From contig NC_081391.1 of assembly GCF_030684315.1 (NCBI RefSeq), positions 20,234,629 through 20,298,628 of the forward strand: 64,000 nucleotides of DNA, given 5' to 3'. Shown piece by piece: positions 62,754-64,000 of this stretch; positions within the stretch are counted from its first letter, which is position 1, and each line of letters opens with the position of its first letter. A program made the translations under genes and the position numbers. The DNA is from Stegostoma tigrinum (Eukaryota). Below the pieces are notes generated by a model, which searched no databases, was not told the DNA's origin, and saw only the letters and a program-made list of their open reading frames with translations.

Positions 62754-64000
62754 CAGAGATAATGGGAACTGCAGGTGCTGGAGAATCTGAGATAACAAAG
62801 TGTAGAGCTGGATGAACACAGCAGGTCATGCAGCATTTGGGCCTAGACCCTTCATCAGAAAAGGGAGATGGGGAGAGAATTCTGAAATAAATAGGGAGAG
62901 GGGTAGGCGGACTGAAGAAGAATAGAGGAGAAGGTAGGTGGAGAGGAAAGTATGGGTGGGGAGGTAGGGAGGGGATAGGTCAGTCCGGGGAGGATGGACA
63001 GGTCAAAGGGGCCAGGTGAGGTTAGTAGGTAGGAAATGGAGGTGTGGCTTGAGGTAGGAGGAGGGGCTAGGTGAGAGGAAGAACAGGTTATGGAGGCTGG
63101 GACGAGCTGGGCTGGTTTTGGGATGCAGTGGGAGGAGGGGAGATTTTGAAGCTGGTCAAATCCACATTGATACCATTGGGCTGCAGAGTTCCCAAGCGGA
63201 ATATGAGTTGCTGTTCCTGCAACCTATGGGTGGCATCATTATGGCACTGCAGGAGGACCAGGATGGACATGTTGTCTCAGGAATGGGAGGGGGGAGTTGA
63301 AATGGTGCACGACTGGGAGGTGCAGTTGTTTACTGCGATCTGAGCGTAGGTGTTCTGCAAAGTGGTCCCAAGCCTCTGCTGCATTTCCCAAATGTAGCGG
63401 AAGCTACACCGTGTACAGCAGATGCAGTATACCACATTGGCGGATGTGCAGGTGAACATCTCTTTGGTGTGGAAAGTCATCTTGGGGCCTGGGATCGGGG
63501 TAAGGGAGGAGGTGTGGGGGCAGGTGCAGCACTTCCTGCGGTTGTAGCAGAAAGTGCTGGGTGTGGTGGGTTTGGACGGGAGTGTGGAGCAGACAAGGAC
63601 GTCGCAGAGAGAATGGTCTCTCCGAAAGCAGACAATGGTGGGGATAGAAAAATGTCTTTGGTAGTGGAGTTAGATTGTAGATGGCAGAAGTTTCGGAGGA
63701 CGATGCGTTATATCCAGAGGTTAGTGGTGTGGTATGTGAGGACTAGGGGATCCTCTCGGGGAAGTTATTGCGAGGGAGGTGTGTGAGGGATGAGTTGTGG
63801 GAAATGCGGGAGACACGATTGTGGACATTCTCGCCCACTGCAAGGGGGAAGTGGCGGTCCTGTAAGAACGAGGACATCTGGGATGTGCAGGAGTGGTATG
63901 CCTCTCCTTGGAGGAGATGGGGCAGAGGCAAAGGAATTGGGAATAGGGGATGGAGTTTTTGCAGGAAGGTGGGTCGGTTGAGGCGTATTACAGGTAGCTG
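62754..64000 (-). mobile_element. Penelope-like retroelement (duplicate of 18431), runs off the window
   Basis: NVVYCICCTRCSFRYIWE and RLQEQQLIFRLGTLQPNGIN; same terminus as 18431. Confidence 0.92.

Overview
Vertebrate genomic DNA, most likely from a cartilaginous fish (inferred from the CR1 LINE, V-SINE/HE1-like and Penelope repeat content). The window is a head-to-tail tandem array of 4-exon ferritin genes (M/heavy-chain-B-like, 173 aa), all on the minus strand. It holds five complete intact copies (C 9971-12286, E 21464-23650, F 26410-28536, H 40515-43482, J 54300-56620) and one copy cut by the window edge (A, exon 1 at 1081-1182). It also holds two frameshifted copies (B, I), one decayed pseudogene (G), two exon-4-only relics (D, K) and three inverted exon-3 relics. 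The letters are my own labels. The array was built by nested duplication: a recent near-identical repeat with a ~42.3 kb period (1-19678 = 42299-64000) overlies an older 10-13 kb duplication. Notable points: no iron-responsive element in any of the short predicted 5' leaders; a conserved TATA + TGACATCA + multi-CCAAT promoter; exon-limited homogenisation and mosaic genes; a Penelope fragment replacing three exons and a promoter; and minimal hammerhead ribozyme cores in Penelope termini. Most other ORFs in the track are repeat-derived or antisense shadows of ferritin exons. All alignments were made by eye.
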